DNA of 64,000 nucleotides from Lysobacterales bacterium. Its GTDB lineage: Bacteria > Pseudomonadota > Gammaproteobacteria > Xanthomonadales > Xanthomonadaceae. A program made the position numbers and the translations under genes. This document shows positions 50,859 through 60,669 of the stretch, in pieces; position 1 is the first letter of the stretch, and each line of letters opens with the position of its first letter. Under the pieces are notes generated by a model, which worked only from the letters and a program-made list of their open reading frames with translations, ran no database searches and had not been told where the DNA came from. The stretch covers positions 720 to 64,719 of the forward strand of contig JBBQHA010000001.1 in assembly GCA_038323475.1 (NCBI GenBank), written 5' to 3'.

Positions 50859-52214
50859 TTAGCCGACCGGGGGCTGATCTTCCGCCAGCGCATGCGGCAG
50901 CCCGGCTTCGCCGCTGCGTTCGGACACCACCACGGCGGTCGCCAGGTCGCCGGTCACGTTCAGCGCGGTGCGGCACATGTCGAGGAAACTGTTGACGCCG
51001 ATGATGATGCCGATGCCTTCCGGCGGCAGGTGCACGATTCCGCAGATCATCGCGATGACCGGCAGCGAACCCGACGGAATCCCCGCCGTGCCGATCCCGC
51101 CGAGGATGCACAGCCCGAGCACCATCACCTGCTGCGGCATGGCCAGGTGCATGCCGAACACCTGGGCGAGGAACAGCACGGTCACGCCCTCGAACAGCGC
51201 GGTGCCGTGGTGGTTCGCCGACGCGCCGACGGTCAGCACGAAACGCGACACCTTGCGCGGCAACATCAGGTTCTGCTCGGCCACGCGCAGCGTCACCGGC
51301 AAGGTCGCGGTGGAGGATGCGGTCGCGAACGCGGTGAGGATCGCTTCCTGGCTGTCGCGGAAGAAACGCAGCGGCGACATCCGCCCCATGAAGCGCACCC
51401 ACAGCGGCAGCACCACGAACATGTGCAGCGCGAGCGCGCCGACCACGGTCCCGACGAACCAGCCCAGGCTGACCAGCACGTCCCAGCCCAGCTGCGCGCA
51501 CAGGTTGAACATGAAGCACGCGACCGCATACGGCGCGAGCCGGATGAACAGCCCGATCAGCCGCATCGCGATTTCGAACAGGCCCTGCAACGCATTCTTG
51601 AATGCCGTCGTGCCCGCGCCCGGCGTCATCACCAGGCCGATGCCGATCATCAGCGCGAAGAACACGATCCCGAGCTGCTGCTTCTCGTCGACGGCGGCTG
51701 CAAGCACGTTGCGCGGCACGATGTTGACGATCAGGTCGACCGCATTGAGCTGCTGGCCGCTGGTCACGATCTCGCCGGCTTTCACCGCATTGCTCGCCAT
51801 CGCCTTCTGCACGAGTGCCGGATCGATGTGCAGGCCGGGCTGGACGAGATTCACCATCAGCAGGCCGATCGCGACCGCCATGCCGGTGACCGCGGCGGTG
51901 TACATCAGGGTCTTCCAGCCGAGCCGGCCAAGGCTCGCGATATCGCCGAGTTCGCCCACGCCGAGCACCAGCGCCGAGAACATCAGCGGGATCACCAGCA
52001 TGAACAGCAGGTTGAGGAAGATCTGCCCGAATGGCTTGCTCAGGTATTTGATGATCGCAACGACTAGCGGCGCATCCGGCGCGTAGAAGTGCACCGCCAG
52101 GCCGAGCGCCGCGCCGAACATGAAACCGATCAGCACCTTCACGTGCAGCGGAAGGCCGCGATCGCGCGCTTCGGGATCGGGCGGAATGGCATGAACCGGC
52201 GCCGCGTGGCTCAT
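50859..52214 (-). CDS. dicarboxylate/amino acid:cation symporter (DAACS family)
   Basis: 451 aa, polytopic. [57 protein letters not shown] family motifs. Confidence 0.9.
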   Translation of the reverse strand: MSHAAPVHAIPPDPEARDRGLPLHVKVLIGFMFGAALGLAVHFYAPDAPLVVAIIKYLSKPFGQIFLNLLFMLVIPLMFSALVLGVGELGDIASLGRLGWKTLMYTAAVTGMAVAIGLLMVNLVQPGLHIDPALVQKAMASNAVKAGEIVTSGQQLNAVDLIVNIVPRNVLAAAVDEKQQLGIVFFALMIGIGLVMTPGAGTTAFKNALQGLFEIAMRLIGLFIRLAPYAVACFMFNLCAQLGWDVLVSLGWFVGTVVGALALHMFVVLPLWVRFMGRMSPLRFFRDSQEAILTAFATASSTATLPVTLRVAEQNLMLPRKVSRFVLTVGASANHHGTALFEGVTVLFLAQVFGMHLAMPQQVMVLGLCILGGIGTAGIPSGSLPVIAMICGIVHLPPEGIGIIIGVNSFLDMCRTALNVTGDLATAVVVSERSGEAGLPHALAEDQPPVG

Positions 52215-52367
52215 GCGGACACCGCGGTCGCGGATGTCGCGATGATGGCCTCGTCGCGACGACGGATGTGTGCGTGCGCACGGCGCGCGTTGCGATGCGT
52301 CTTCATGGCCATCCCCTGCGATCCGCGCCGAGCATACACCACGGCCCCGATCGCCCCACCGGCGCGG

Positions 52368-54017
52368 TCAGGATGGATACAACGGCGGTAGCGCGTCGTC
52401 GTTCGATGCCGGCCGCGCGCGTCCGATCCAGTGCGGCGGCCGTTTGAACGCGGCGCGCATTTGCACGAGCGCCTGCGCGGACGGCATGCCATCGGCGCTC
52501 CAGCGCGCGGCGTCGAATGCAAGCACGGCATCGCGCTGGGCGGTATCGCCGAGGCGTTGCGCGACCTCGCCCAGGTTGCGCGCCGGCACGCCCGGCGCAG
52601 CTTCCAGCAGGGCCTGCGCGATCGCGGATGGATCGCCGAGCGCCAACGAGCGCGTCAGCGTCGGCGCGCGGTTCGGCATGCGCGGCTCCGCATCGTCGCC
52701 GTCCACGGTTGCGATCACCTCGCCGCGGCCGCGACGCCAACCCCACCACAGCGACAGCGCGAGCAGCACGGCAAGTCCCAGCGTCGCGGCCTGCCACCCA
52801 CGCAATGCGGAAGCACCCACGCCTGCGGCCACTGTATCGCCGGCGTTCGACCCCGCATGCGCGCCGTTGTCGGCCGGCACCGTGATACCCGGCAATACCT
52901 GCCAGACGTGCAAGGCCGCGCGCGCCGTCGCGGCGCGGTCGTTGACCACGTCCCACCACGGCACGATGAGTTCAGGCATGCGCAATACGCCGGCGCTCGC
53001 CGGCACGATCGCGAAGCGGCGCGAGCGCTCGGCCAGCAGGCGGCCGTCGCGTTGTTGCTCGGCGGTGGACGATGGCTCCGGATACACCTGCGCGCCGGGA
53101 ATCGCCGGCAGCACGATCTCCGGCAATTGCGCCGCAGTGACGCCTTCGCCTTCGAGCCTTACCACGATGCTGAAAGGTTCGCCCGCGCGTACCGGGACGG
53201 TCACCGGATCGACGAGGACCGCGATCGTACGCGCAGGCAGCCATGGGTTGCCCGCCTGAGCCGGACGCGGGCGCACCTGGACATCGAGCTGCTTGCCGAC
53301 CGCGCGCGCCAATGCGCCGTCGTCGAACACATCGCTGTTGTCGCCAAGCGTGCGGCCGGTAAAGCCCGGACCCGGGATATGCATCGCGCCGCTGCGTTCG
53401 GGCTGCAACAGGTAGTGGCGTTCGAGCACGTTGAAACGGTGGCCCTGCAGCATCACCGAATTCGTGGTGTCGGCGCCGAGCTGACGCGCGTCGCCGTTGT
53501 CCGGCACCGGCGCATCGAGCGCCCCGTTGAGCAGGGTGACCGCGTAATACAACCGCTCCGTGTAGACCATCGCCTGCTGCACGTACGGACTGGCCGGTTC
53601 GACCGTCGTCTCGATGAAGACCGGCGCGTTTGCGTTCGCCTGCGGGGACGACTGCCCAGGAACCTGCGCGCTGACGCCGATGCGCAACGGCGGTGTCGTT
53701 TCGCTGCCGACCGCGAGCGCGGGGATATCGATCACGCCGCCATGCCGCGGCACCAGTTCGACCGACCATTGCGTGCTCGATTGCATGCGGCCGTTGGCGA
53801 TGTTGGTCTGGCTGCTGGTCGATGCGCCGCGTATTTCGAAATCCTTGCGCAGCGGCGCGAGGTCGGGTTGGGTGTCGGACGTATCGGACGTGATGGTCAG
53901 GGTCACGCTGTCGCCGAGGGCGATCGAATCGCGATTCAGCGACGCCTGCGCGGTCGCCAGCGCATCCGGCATCGCTCCGAGCAGCAGCAATGCAACCGGG
54001 ACGTGCAGGATCCTCAC
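52368..54017 (-). CDS. batD: BatD-family protein (Bat/aerotolerance operon)
   Basis: 549 aa with signal peptide MRILHVPVALLLLGAMPDALA, repeated beta-rich modules and a late TM segment (ATLGLAVLLALSLWWGW). Last gene of the MoxR-VWA operon. Its start overlaps the upstream stop (ATGA). Confidence 0.7.
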   Translation of the reverse strand: MRILHVPVALLLLGAMPDALATAQASLNRDSIALGDSVTLTITSDTSDTQPDLAPLRKDFEIRGASTSSQTNIANGRMQSSTQWSVELVPRHGGVIDIPALAVGSETTPPLRIGVSAQVPGQSSPQANANAPVFIETTVEPASPYVQQAMVYTERLYYAVTLLNGALDAPVPDNGDARQLGADTTNSVMLQGHRFNVLERHYLLQPERSGAMHIPGPGFTGRTLGDNSDVFDDGALARAVGKQLDVQVRPRPAQAGNPWLPARTIAVLVDPVTVPVRAGEPFSIVVRLEGEGVTAAQLPEIVLPAIPGAQVYPEPSSTAEQQRDGRLLAERSRRFAIVPASAGVLRMPELIVPWWDVVNDRAATARAALHVWQVLPGITVPADNGAHAGSNAGDTVAAGVGASALRGWQAATLGLAVLLALSLWWGWRRGRGEVIATVDGDDAEPRMPNRAPTLTRSLALGDPSAIAQALLEAAPGVPARNLGEVAQRLGDTAQRDAVLAFDAARWSADGMPSAQALVQMRAAFKRPPHWIGRARPASNDDALPPLYPS

Positions 54018-55900
54018 TTCTCCCCCTCCTGCTGGCGGCGTGCGTATTCGAGCGCGAACTTGCGGCGCAGCAATCCGCCTGGATCGTCCGGCACGCGTTG
54101 CAGCAAGGATTCGATCGCGTCGCGTTGCTCGCGTTGCGCGTCGGTTTCCTTCGCTGCCATGGCTTTGGGCTTCGCATTCGGAGCGGTCGGCTTGCCGCCG
54201 CTCAACGCCTGCTGCAACGCGCGTTTTTCCGCCGCGTCGGCCTGCGCCTGCTTGCTTCCGTCCGGCGCCGGTTGTTGCGACTGGGACTGCTGCTGGAGGT
54301 CCTGCTTGCGCTGGTCGTTGCCTTGCTGGGCCTGCTGCTTCGGATCCTGCTGCCGATTCCCGTCCTGTCGCTGCTGGCCCTGTTGCCCGGCTTGTTGCTG
54401 GCTCTGTTGCATGTTTTCCTGGTTCCGGCTATGGCCGTCCTGATCGGGTTTCTTCTGGCCCTGTTGCCCGTTCTGCTGGTTCTGGTCCTGTGGCTGCTTG
54501 CCCTGCTGTTGCTGTTCTTGTTGCCGTTGCAGTTGCTCGACGATCCTGAGGTTCGCCTGCGCATCGGCCATCCCGGGGCGCTGCCCCAACGCGCGTCGAT
54601 AGGAGGCGATCGCTTCCGGATAGCGCTTGAGCTGGGCCAGCGCATTGCCGTGGTTGTAGTTCGCGTCGGCGTCGTCGAGCCCGGTCCAGGCCTGCGCCGC
54701 CGTCGCGAAGTCGCCGCTGCGATACGCCGCTGCCGCGCGTTGTTCGGGCGTCCGCGCAAGCGTGGTCGCGGTCCGCGCATCGCCCGCACGCAGCGCACGA
54801 TCGGCGCGCTGGTCCGCACGCTGCCACAGCGCATGCCACCAATCCGCATCCGCCGCCGACGCACGCTGGACCGGCATCGCGAGCATCGCCACCAGCACGA
54901 CCGCGAGCCAGCCGCGACGGAACCCCAGTGCGACCAAAGGCAACAATGCGAGCAGCAGGAACGGACCATCGTCGCGCCAACGCAGCGACTCCGCATCGCC
55001 GCGACGCACTCCGGCATCGGCCGCGTTGTCGAGAACGCCGAGCGCATCGAGATCCTTCGCATCGGTGGTCAGCGCGGCATAGCGGCCTCCGCCGGCCTGC
55101 GCGAGCGAGCGCAGCGCGTCCGCATCCAGCCGCGCGACCTGCATCGCCCCGCCCGCATCCTGCGCGAAGGTTCCATCGGCCGACGGCAGCGGCGCGCCGT
55201 TCGCGGTGCCGACACCGAGCGCGGCCACGCTGTAGCCCTTCGCCAATGCATCGCGCGCGGCCGACTGCGCCGCCGCATCGGCGCCATCGCTGAGCAGCAG
55301 GATCTGCCCATGCGCGTAGCCGGCCTGGGCGAGCAGGTCGACGGCGCGCCGGATCGCGCGGTCGGCGCGCTGGCCATCGACCGGCATCGTGTCCGGCGCG
55401 AGTGCGGGCAGCAGGTCGCGCAGGCTGTTGGCGTCGTCGCTCAGTGGCGCGACCGTGAAGGCATCGCCCGCATAGGCGACCAGGCCGATCTGTCCGCCCT
55501 TGCGCGCGGACATCAGCTGCTCGATCTTCAACCGCGCACGCAGCAGGCGCGACGGCGGCAAGTCGGCCGCAAGCATGTGCGAGGACGTATCCAGCACCAC
55601 CACCAGCGGCGCAGCCGGCGTGTACAACGCGACCGGCAGTTGCCGCCACGAGGGACCGGCCAGCGCGAGCACCGACAATGCATACCCCGCGCCGAACAAC
55701 CATGCGACGCGCTGCTTCGATGCCGGCGCCGCCTGCAGCAGGCTCGGCAACAGGTGCGCGTCCACTGCGTGCCGCCACGGCGTTTCCCGGTTCGCATGGC
55801 GGCGGCGCAGCCACCACAGCAGTGGCAAGGCGAACAGCGCCAGCATCCACCAGGGACGCAACAGGTGCGGGGCGATCGTCGCGAACGACCCAAGGTTCAC
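54014..55900 (-). CDS. VWA-domain plus TPR protein (BatB/BatC-like fusion) with Gln-rich tail
   Basis: Start assigned to GTG 55898-55900, overlapping the batA stop (GTGA). N-terminal TMs, VWA core VVVLDTSSHM...GQIGLVAYAGDAFTVAPLSDD...ILLLSDGAD, and a TPR unit NYNHGNALAQLKRYPEAIASYRRAL. Confidence 0.75.
   Translation of the reverse strand: MNLGSFATIAPHLLRPWWMLALFALPLLWWLRRRHANRETPWRHAVDAHLLPSLLQAAPASKQRVAWLFGAGYALSVLALAGPSWRQLPVALYTPAAPLVVVLDTSSHMLAADLPPSRLLRARLKIEQLMSARKGGQIGLVAYAGDAFTVAPLSDDANSLRDLLPALAPDTMPVDGQRADRAIRRAVDLLAQAGYAHGQILLLSDGADAAAQSAARDALAKGYSVAALGVGTANGAPLPSADGTFAQDAGGAMQVARLDADALRSLAQAGGGRYAALTTDAKDLDALGVLDNAADAGVRRGDAESLRWRDDGPFLLLALLPLVALGFRRGWLAVVLVAMLAMPVQRASAADADWWHALWQRADQRADRALRAGDARTATTLARTPEQRAAAAYRSGDFATAAQAWTGLDDADANYNHGNALAQLKRYPEAIASYRRALGQRPGMADAQANLRIVEQLQRQQEQQQQGKQPQDQNQQNGQQGQKKPDQDGHSRNQENMQQSQQQAGQQGQQRQDGNRQQDPKQQAQQGNDQRKQDLQQQSQSQQPAPDGSKQAQADAAEKRALQQALSGGKPTAPNAKPKAMAAKETDAQREQRDAIESLLQRVPDDPGGLLRRKFALEYARRQQEGEK
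54242..54535 (-). repeat. Gln-rich low-complexity coding tract (about 98 codons)
   Basis: Encodes QLQRQQEQQQQGKQPQDQNQQNGQQGQKKPDQDGHSRNQENMQQSQQQAGQQGQQRQDGNRQQDPKQQAQQGNDQRKQDLQQQSQSQQPA. The plus strand shows reiterated CTG/TTG-rich DNA. Confidence 0.7.
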
Positions 55901-56910
55901 GCGATTCCCCTGCGCATGGAAATCGCGGGCGCGCCGATCAGCAGGACGCCAAGCAGCAACGCCGCCGCGAGCGGCCACGGATACAGTTCGGTGCGCGGAC
56001 GTTCGATGCGGCCCGCGCGCAGGGCCGGTTCGACGCGATCGAGTTCGGCATAGATGCCGGCGAGCGCCTCGGTATCGCGCGCGCGGAAAAAGCGTCCGCC
56101 GGTGCGCTGCGCGATCGTGCGCAGGGTCTGTTCGTCGACGCTGTCTCCCTGGGTCGGCAGCGCGAAGCCCAGCAGGGGATCGGCCTGTCCGTCGCCGCCG
56201 AAACCGATGGTGTAGATGCGCAGGTGTTCGGCTGCAGCGACGTCCGCCGCCTTCAGCGGCTCGATCGCGCCCGCATTGTTGACGCCATCGGTGAGCAGTA
56301 CGAGGACGCGCGTCGAAGCCGCGCCGGGCTGCTTCGGTTGCACCCGCAGGCGCTTGACCGCGAGCGCGATCGCATCGCCGATCGCGGTGTTCTGGCCGGC
56401 GAGTCCGACCTCGCTGGAGCGCAATTGCTGGCGCACCGACTCGCGATCCCAGGTCAGCGGCGTGACCGCATAGGCCTGGGTGCCGAACAGGATCAGGCCG
56501 ACGCGATCGCCGACGCGGCGGCTCAGGAAATCGCCGAGCACCGCCTTGATCGCAGTGAGTCGATCGACCGACGTCCCGCCGAGCCGCATGTCTTCCTGGC
56601 GCATGCTGCCGGACAAGTCGACCGCGAGCAGCAGGTCGCGCCCGCTATGCGGCGGCTGCACGATCTCGCCGAGTTGCTGCGGACGCGCCGCGGCGATGCA
56701 CAGCAGCAGCCAGCCCAGCAGCGGCAGCCAGCGGCGCAGGCGCGGGCGGCGCGAACGGTCCGCGGATGCGCGCATCGCTTCGAACGCGCGCGCATACGGA
56801 ACCCTCAACGCCGCCTGCAAACGCTGCGGCGCGACGGGCAGGAAGCGCATCGCCAGCCACGGCACCGGCAACGCGAGCAATGCCCATGGCCATGCGAAAT
56901 CAGGCACCAT
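55897..56910 (-). CDS. batA: VWA-domain membrane protein (BatA-like)
   Basis: Start at MVPDFAWPWALLALPVPWL (ATG 56908-56910). MIDAS motif LLLAVDLSGSM. VLVLLTDGVNN. C-terminal TM. Confidence 0.8.
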   Translation of the reverse strand: MVPDFAWPWALLALPVPWLAMRFLPVAPQRLQAALRVPYARAFEAMRASADRSRRPRLRRWLPLLGWLLLCIAAARPQQLGEIVQPPHSGRDLLLAVDLSGSMRQEDMRLGGTSVDRLTAIKAVLGDFLSRRVGDRVGLILFGTQAYAVTPLTWDRESVRQQLRSSEVGLAGQNTAIGDAIALAVKRLRVQPKQPGAASTRVLVLLTDGVNNAGAIEPLKAADVAAAEHLRIYTIGFGGDGQADPLLGFALPTQGDSVDEQTLRTIAQRTGGRFFRARDTEALAGIYAELDRVEPALRAGRIERPRTELYPWPLAAALLLGVLLIGAPAISMRRGIA

Positions 56911-57367
56911 CGCGCTCCAGCAAGGCGACGAATCGCGCGCGCGCAAGCGCCAGCGCCGGCGCGATGTCGTCGGCAATGTCGCGACGGAAACCGCCGTCGC
57001 GCAGCAAGCGTCCGGGCCCGCTCGTGAACGGTTGGGCGGGGTCGTCGCCGTCCAGGAAGCGCAGCCACGCATCGCCTTCGAGCAGCGCGGAGGCGGCATC
57101 GCGCGTCATTGCTGCGCGGCGCAGCAGTTGCGAGGCGGCGGCGATTTTCGCCGGGGCCGCACCCGCATCGTTGAGGGCGCGGTCGTAATCGCCAAGTCCG
57201 CAGCGGATACGGTCGCGTCGATGCCGCGTGCGCAGCGCCCGGCGCGCAAGCCACCACAACGCGACCGCCAGCAATGCGGCGAGCACCCACCAGCCGGGCG
57301 CCGGCGGCCACCAGCCTGGCGATGACGGCAGATGGATGTCGCGCAAAGCAGGCACGGGACCGGTCAT
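56900..57367 (-). CDS. DUF4381-like membrane protein
   Basis: Start at MTGPVPALRDIHLPSSPGWWPPAPGWWVLAALLAVALWWL (ATG 57365-57367). Position and size match the DUF4381 member of MoxR/Bat operons. Confidence 0.6.
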   Translation of the reverse strand: MTGPVPALRDIHLPSSPGWWPPAPGWWVLAALLAVALWWLARRALRTRHRRDRIRCGLGDYDRALNDAGAAPAKIAAASQLLRRAAMTRDAASALLEGDAWLRFLDGDDPAQPFTSGPGRLLRDGGFRRDIADDIAPALALARARFVALLERDGA

Positions 57368-57380
57368 CGTCGGGAGCCGG

Positions 57381-58325
57381 TCATGCGGCGATGCGGCGCT
57401 GGTCGAGCAGGGCCGCCAACAGGGTGTCGGTGCCGTCGTCGCTGCGCAAGGTACGCACGCGCGCACCCATGCCCTGCAATCGTTGCGCCTGCGCGTGCAC
57501 TCCGTCGGCGAAGACATGCCGCCAGCGCGCGCGCGCGACTGCACCTTCAAGGTCGAGCTCGACCCGCGCATCCCCGAGCGCGAACGGCAGGCGCTCGTGC
57601 GGCGGCTGCAGTTCGAGGGGATCGGTCAACAGGACCATCAGCAGGTCGTGGTGGGTGGCAAGTGCGGCCAAGCGCCCCTGCGGGACATCGGCGACCGATC
57701 CGGCGTCCGCAAGCACGACCAGGCTCGCACCCGGATGCAACAGACGCGTGGCGGTCGCGAGCGCATGGTCGAGCCCGAGGTCCGCGACCGGCGGTTGCGC
57801 GTACCAGCGCACCAGCGCATCGAGCGTGCGCAAGGCGCCGCGACTGCCGCCGCTCGGCGTCACCGGGGATTCCGACGACGTGCCGCGCAACGCGCCGATG
57901 CGATCGCCGCGCCGCTGCGCCGCCCACGCGGCGACGGCGCCGGCGCGCGCCGCCTGCACCGACTTGAAGCGCACCCGCGTCCCGAAATACAGCTGTGGCG
58001 CGGTGTCGACGACGACCAGGGTGATCCGCTCGCGCTCGGCCTGGAACAGTTTCGTATGCGGTTTGCCGCTGCGCGCGGTGAGCCGCCAGTCGATGTGGCG
58101 CGCATCGTCGCCGGGCGCATACGGCCGCGACTCGGCGTATTCCATGCCGCGACCACGGAATGGCGATGGCGCAGGACCCGCCACGCTCGCGGCGCCCCGC
58201 TGCGCAGGCGGCCAGCCGCGCACACGATCGCGCAACGCGATCAGCTCGGACAAGCTCGGCCGCAGTCCATCGGAATGCGTTGGCGACGCGTGCGAAGGCA
58301 TGGCGGCTTCAGGGAAGCGGTACAC
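57381..58325 (-). CDS. DUF58 domain protein (MoxR-associated)
   Basis: FRGRGMEYAESRPYAPGDDARHIDWRLTARSGKPHTKLF is the DUF58 signature. An alternative Met lies 8 codons downstream. Confidence 0.8.
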   Translation of the reverse strand: MYRFPEAAMPSHASPTHSDGLRPSLSELIALRDRVRGWPPAQRGAASVAGPAPSPFRGRGMEYAESRPYAPGDDARHIDWRLTARSGKPHTKLFQAERERITLVVVDTAPQLYFGTRVRFKSVQAARAGAVAAWAAQRRGDRIGALRGTSSESPVTPSGGSRGALRTLDALVRWYAQPPVADLGLDHALATATRLLHPGASLVVLADAGSVADVPQGRLAALATHHDLLMVLLTDPLELQPPHERLPFALGDARVELDLEGAVARARWRHVFADGVHAQAQRLQGMGARVRTLRSDDGTDTLLAALLDQRRIAA

Positions 58326-59298
58326 GATCGATCAACGCGCGCACCAGTTTCTCGCCATCCCAGCCTTCCGCGATCGCCTCGTAGCTGGGCAGGATGCGGT
58401 GGCGCAACACGTCGGGTGCGACCGCCTGTACGTCCTCGGGGGTGACGAAATCCCGGCCGCCGAGCCAGGCGCGCGCGCGCGCGCAGCGCTCCAGCGCGAT
58501 CGATCCGCGCGGACTTGCGCCCCACGCGATCTTTGCGGCGAGCGCGGGGTCGTAGCGAGCCGCATCGCGACTGGCCAGCACGAGTTCCACGAGATAACGC
58601 TCCAGGGTCGGCGCCAGATGCAGGTCCAGTACCGCCTCGCGGGCATCGAACAGCTCGCGCTGGGTCAGCATGCGCGCGGGTACCGGCGCGGCGTGCATGG
58701 ACGAACGCGCGCGTTCGCGGACGAGCCGAAGAATCTCGGTCTCGGTGCCCGCTTCGGGATAGCCTACGCGCACGTGCATCAGGAACCGGTCGAGCTGGGC
58801 TTCGGGCAACGCGTAGGTGCCCTCCTGCTCGATCGGATTCTGCGTGGCCATCACCAGGAACAACTGCGGCAGCGGATAGGTCGTGCGGCCGACGGTGATC
58901 TGGCGCTCGCCCATCGCTTCGAGCAGGGCCGATTGCACCTTTGGCGGCGCGCGGTTTACCTCATCGGCGAGCAGCAGGTTGTGGAACATCGGTCCCGGCT
59001 GGAACTCGAACCGACCGTCGGTGGCGCGCCAGATGTCGGTGCCGGTGAGGTCGGCGGGCAGCAGGTCCGGGGTGAACTGGACGCGGCTGAAATCCGCCTC
59101 GATGCGTGCCGCGAGTTCCTTGACGGCGGTGGTCTTGGCGAGACCTGGAGCTCCTTCGACCAGGAGGTGGCCGTCGGCAAGCAATGCGATCAGCAGGCGC
59201 TCGACCAATGCGGCCTGGCCGATCACCGCCGTCGACAGGTCGGCGCGCAGTGCGGCGAAACGGGCATGCAGGCTGGAAGTATCGATGGGAGTGTCCAT
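58309..59298 (-). CDS. moxR: MoxR-family AAA+ ATPase
   Basis: Start at MDTPIDTSSLHARF (ATG 59296-59298). VIGQAALVERLLIALLADGHLLVEGAPGLAKT (Walker A), LLADEVNRAPPKVQSALLEAM (Walker B/sensor), ATQNPIEQEGTYALPEAQLDRF. Confidence 0.9.
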   Translation of the reverse strand: MDTPIDTSSLHARFAALRADLSTAVIGQAALVERLLIALLADGHLLVEGAPGLAKTTAVKELAARIEADFSRVQFTPDLLPADLTGTDIWRATDGRFEFQPGPMFHNLLLADEVNRAPPKVQSALLEAMGERQITVGRTTYPLPQLFLVMATQNPIEQEGTYALPEAQLDRFLMHVRVGYPEAGTETEILRLVRERARSSMHAAPVPARMLTQRELFDAREAVLDLHLAPTLERYLVELVLASRDAARYDPALAAKIAWGASPRGSIALERCARARAWLGGRDFVTPEDVQAVAPDVLRHRILPSYEAIAEGWDGEKLVRALIDRVPLP

Positions 59299-59378
59299 GC
59301 GGGAGCGATAGGGTTCGGCGGAGCGAGGGTGCTGCGGATGGTGCACGATTTCGACAGGAGCGTCCCGCGAAGGTTCCG

Positions 59379-60626
59379 TCATGCGTCCCGCTGCAGGGAT
59401 GCGCGGGCCACGAGGACCGCTTCGAGAGTCTGTGGCTTGCCGATCAGGTAGCCCTGCGCATAGCGGCAGCCCATCTCGCGTAGCAGTTCGAGTTGTTCCG
59501 GGGTTTCCACGCCCTCCACGACGAGGTCGGCATGGATCGCGTGGCCCAGCGCGATGACCGCGCGTACGATGCTCATTGCGCGTTCGGAGCTGAACATCTC
59601 GCGCACGAACGCCTGGTCGATCTTGATCGCATCGAAATCCAGCTGGTGCAGATGGGTCAGGTGCGAGTAGCCGGTGCCGAAGTCGTCGAGCGACACCGCG
59701 ATGTGGTTCGCGTGGCAGTGTTCGATGATCCCGGCCACCTGCAGGTAGTCCAGCGCCTGGCTTTCGGTGATTTCGACCTTGATGCATCCTGGCGGCAGGC
59801 CGAGCGCCTCGCGCCGCCCGACCACCCGATGCATGAGTCCTTCATTGGCAAGCTGGCGCGCGGACACATTGACCGCCACGAAGGGCATCGGATCCGCCCG
59901 CAGGCGCTCGAGCGCGGCGCAGGCTTCATCGAAGACGTATTCGCCGACCGGCACGATCAGCGAGGTTTCCTCGGCAAGCTTGATGAATTCGTCGGGCGAC
60001 ACCGGGCCTCGCGTCGGGTGCTCCCAGCGTACGAGCGCCTCGTAGCCCACGATGCGACGGGTCGCGATCTCCAGGATCGGCTGGTACCGCACTTCGAGTT
60101 CGTGCTTCGACAGTGCATCGCGCAGATGGCTCTCGAGTCGGAACTTGCTCAGGCCTGGATCGACCTCGCTCGCCAGCTCGTCGGCCGGCACTCCAGACAA
60201 TGAGGTATCGGCCGGCTCGCTTCCGCGCAGTAGGGCAAGCATGCCGCGATAGCGCTTCATCTGCCCCTCCAGCAGCATGCGGACGATCGGATCGGCGTTG
60301 GCGAGTCGATCCCTGATCTGCTCGCTGTCGATCACCAGCAGCACGCTATCCACCGCTGCCACAGCCGTCGCGGTACGGTGCGACCGGTCCACGACCGACA
60401 TTTCCCCGATCAACTCGCCCGGTCCGAGCCGTGCAAGCACCAGCGGCCGGCGAGGCTCACCCGCACGCGTCGCGCGCGTCGCGCGGATCTCGATCGCGCC
60501 TTCCTCGATCAGGAAGGCCGACGTGGATGCCTCGCCTTCCCTGAACAGGTACTCGCCGGCAGTCAGCGTCTTGCGTAGCAATGCGGCTCCCTGGTGCGTC
60601 GGACCAAAAAAGTGAAAGGGCCGCAT
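59379..60626 (-). CDS. cyclic-nucleotide-binding domain / EAL-domain phosphodiesterase
   Basis: N-terminal cNMP-like roll (GEYLFREGEASTSAFLIEEGAIEI...GPGELIGEMS). EAL domain motifs YEALVRW, VNVSARQL, KVEITES, SLDDFGTGYS, KIDQAFV, VVEGVET, QGYLIGKP. The annotated ATG lies inside the pilQ terminator hairpin. An alternative TTG start at 60581 has GGAG 5 nt upstream. Confidence 0.8.
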   Translation of the reverse strand: MRPFHFFGPTHQGAALLRKTLTAGEYLFREGEASTSAFLIEEGAIEIRATRATRAGEPRRPLVLARLGPGELIGEMSVVDRSHRTATAVAAVDSVLLVIDSEQIRDRLANADPIVRMLLEGQMKRYRGMLALLRGSEPADTSLSGVPADELASEVDPGLSKFRLESHLRDALSKHELEVRYQPILEIATRRIVGYEALVRWEHPTRGPVSPDEFIKLAEETSLIVPVGEYVFDEACAALERLRADPMPFVAVNVSARQLANEGLMHRVVGRREALGLPPGCIKVEITESQALDYLQVAGIIEHCHANHIAVSLDDFGTGYSHLTHLHQLDFDAIKIDQAFVREMFSSERAMSIVRAVIALGHAIHADLVVEGVETPEQLELLREMGCRYAQGYLIGKPQTLEAVLVARASLQRDA

Positions 60627-60640
60627 GGCGGCCCTTTCAC
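60606..60640 (-). terminator. rho-independent terminator after pilQ
   Basis: Reverse strand reads GTGAAAGGGCCGC-CAT-GCGGCCCTTTCAC followed by TTTTTT (13-bp stem 60612-60640, U-tract 60606-60611). Begins 30 nt after the pilQ stop. Confidence 0.8.
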
Positions 60641-60669
60641 GATAACACCGGCTTGCTGCCTGACGCGCG

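Noticed and set aside
48593-59787. ORFs 48593..50995 (+, 800 aa), 50617..52281 (-), 52431..54443 (+, 670 aa), 53990..56053 (+, 687 aa), 57274..59451 (+, 725 aa), and the N-terminal extension of 58309..59787.
   Set aside because: Antisense or alternate frames of tkt, the DAACS symporter and the Bat/MoxR operon. The MoxR start was trimmed to MDTPID because upstream residues are low-complexity and overlap the EAL gene end region.
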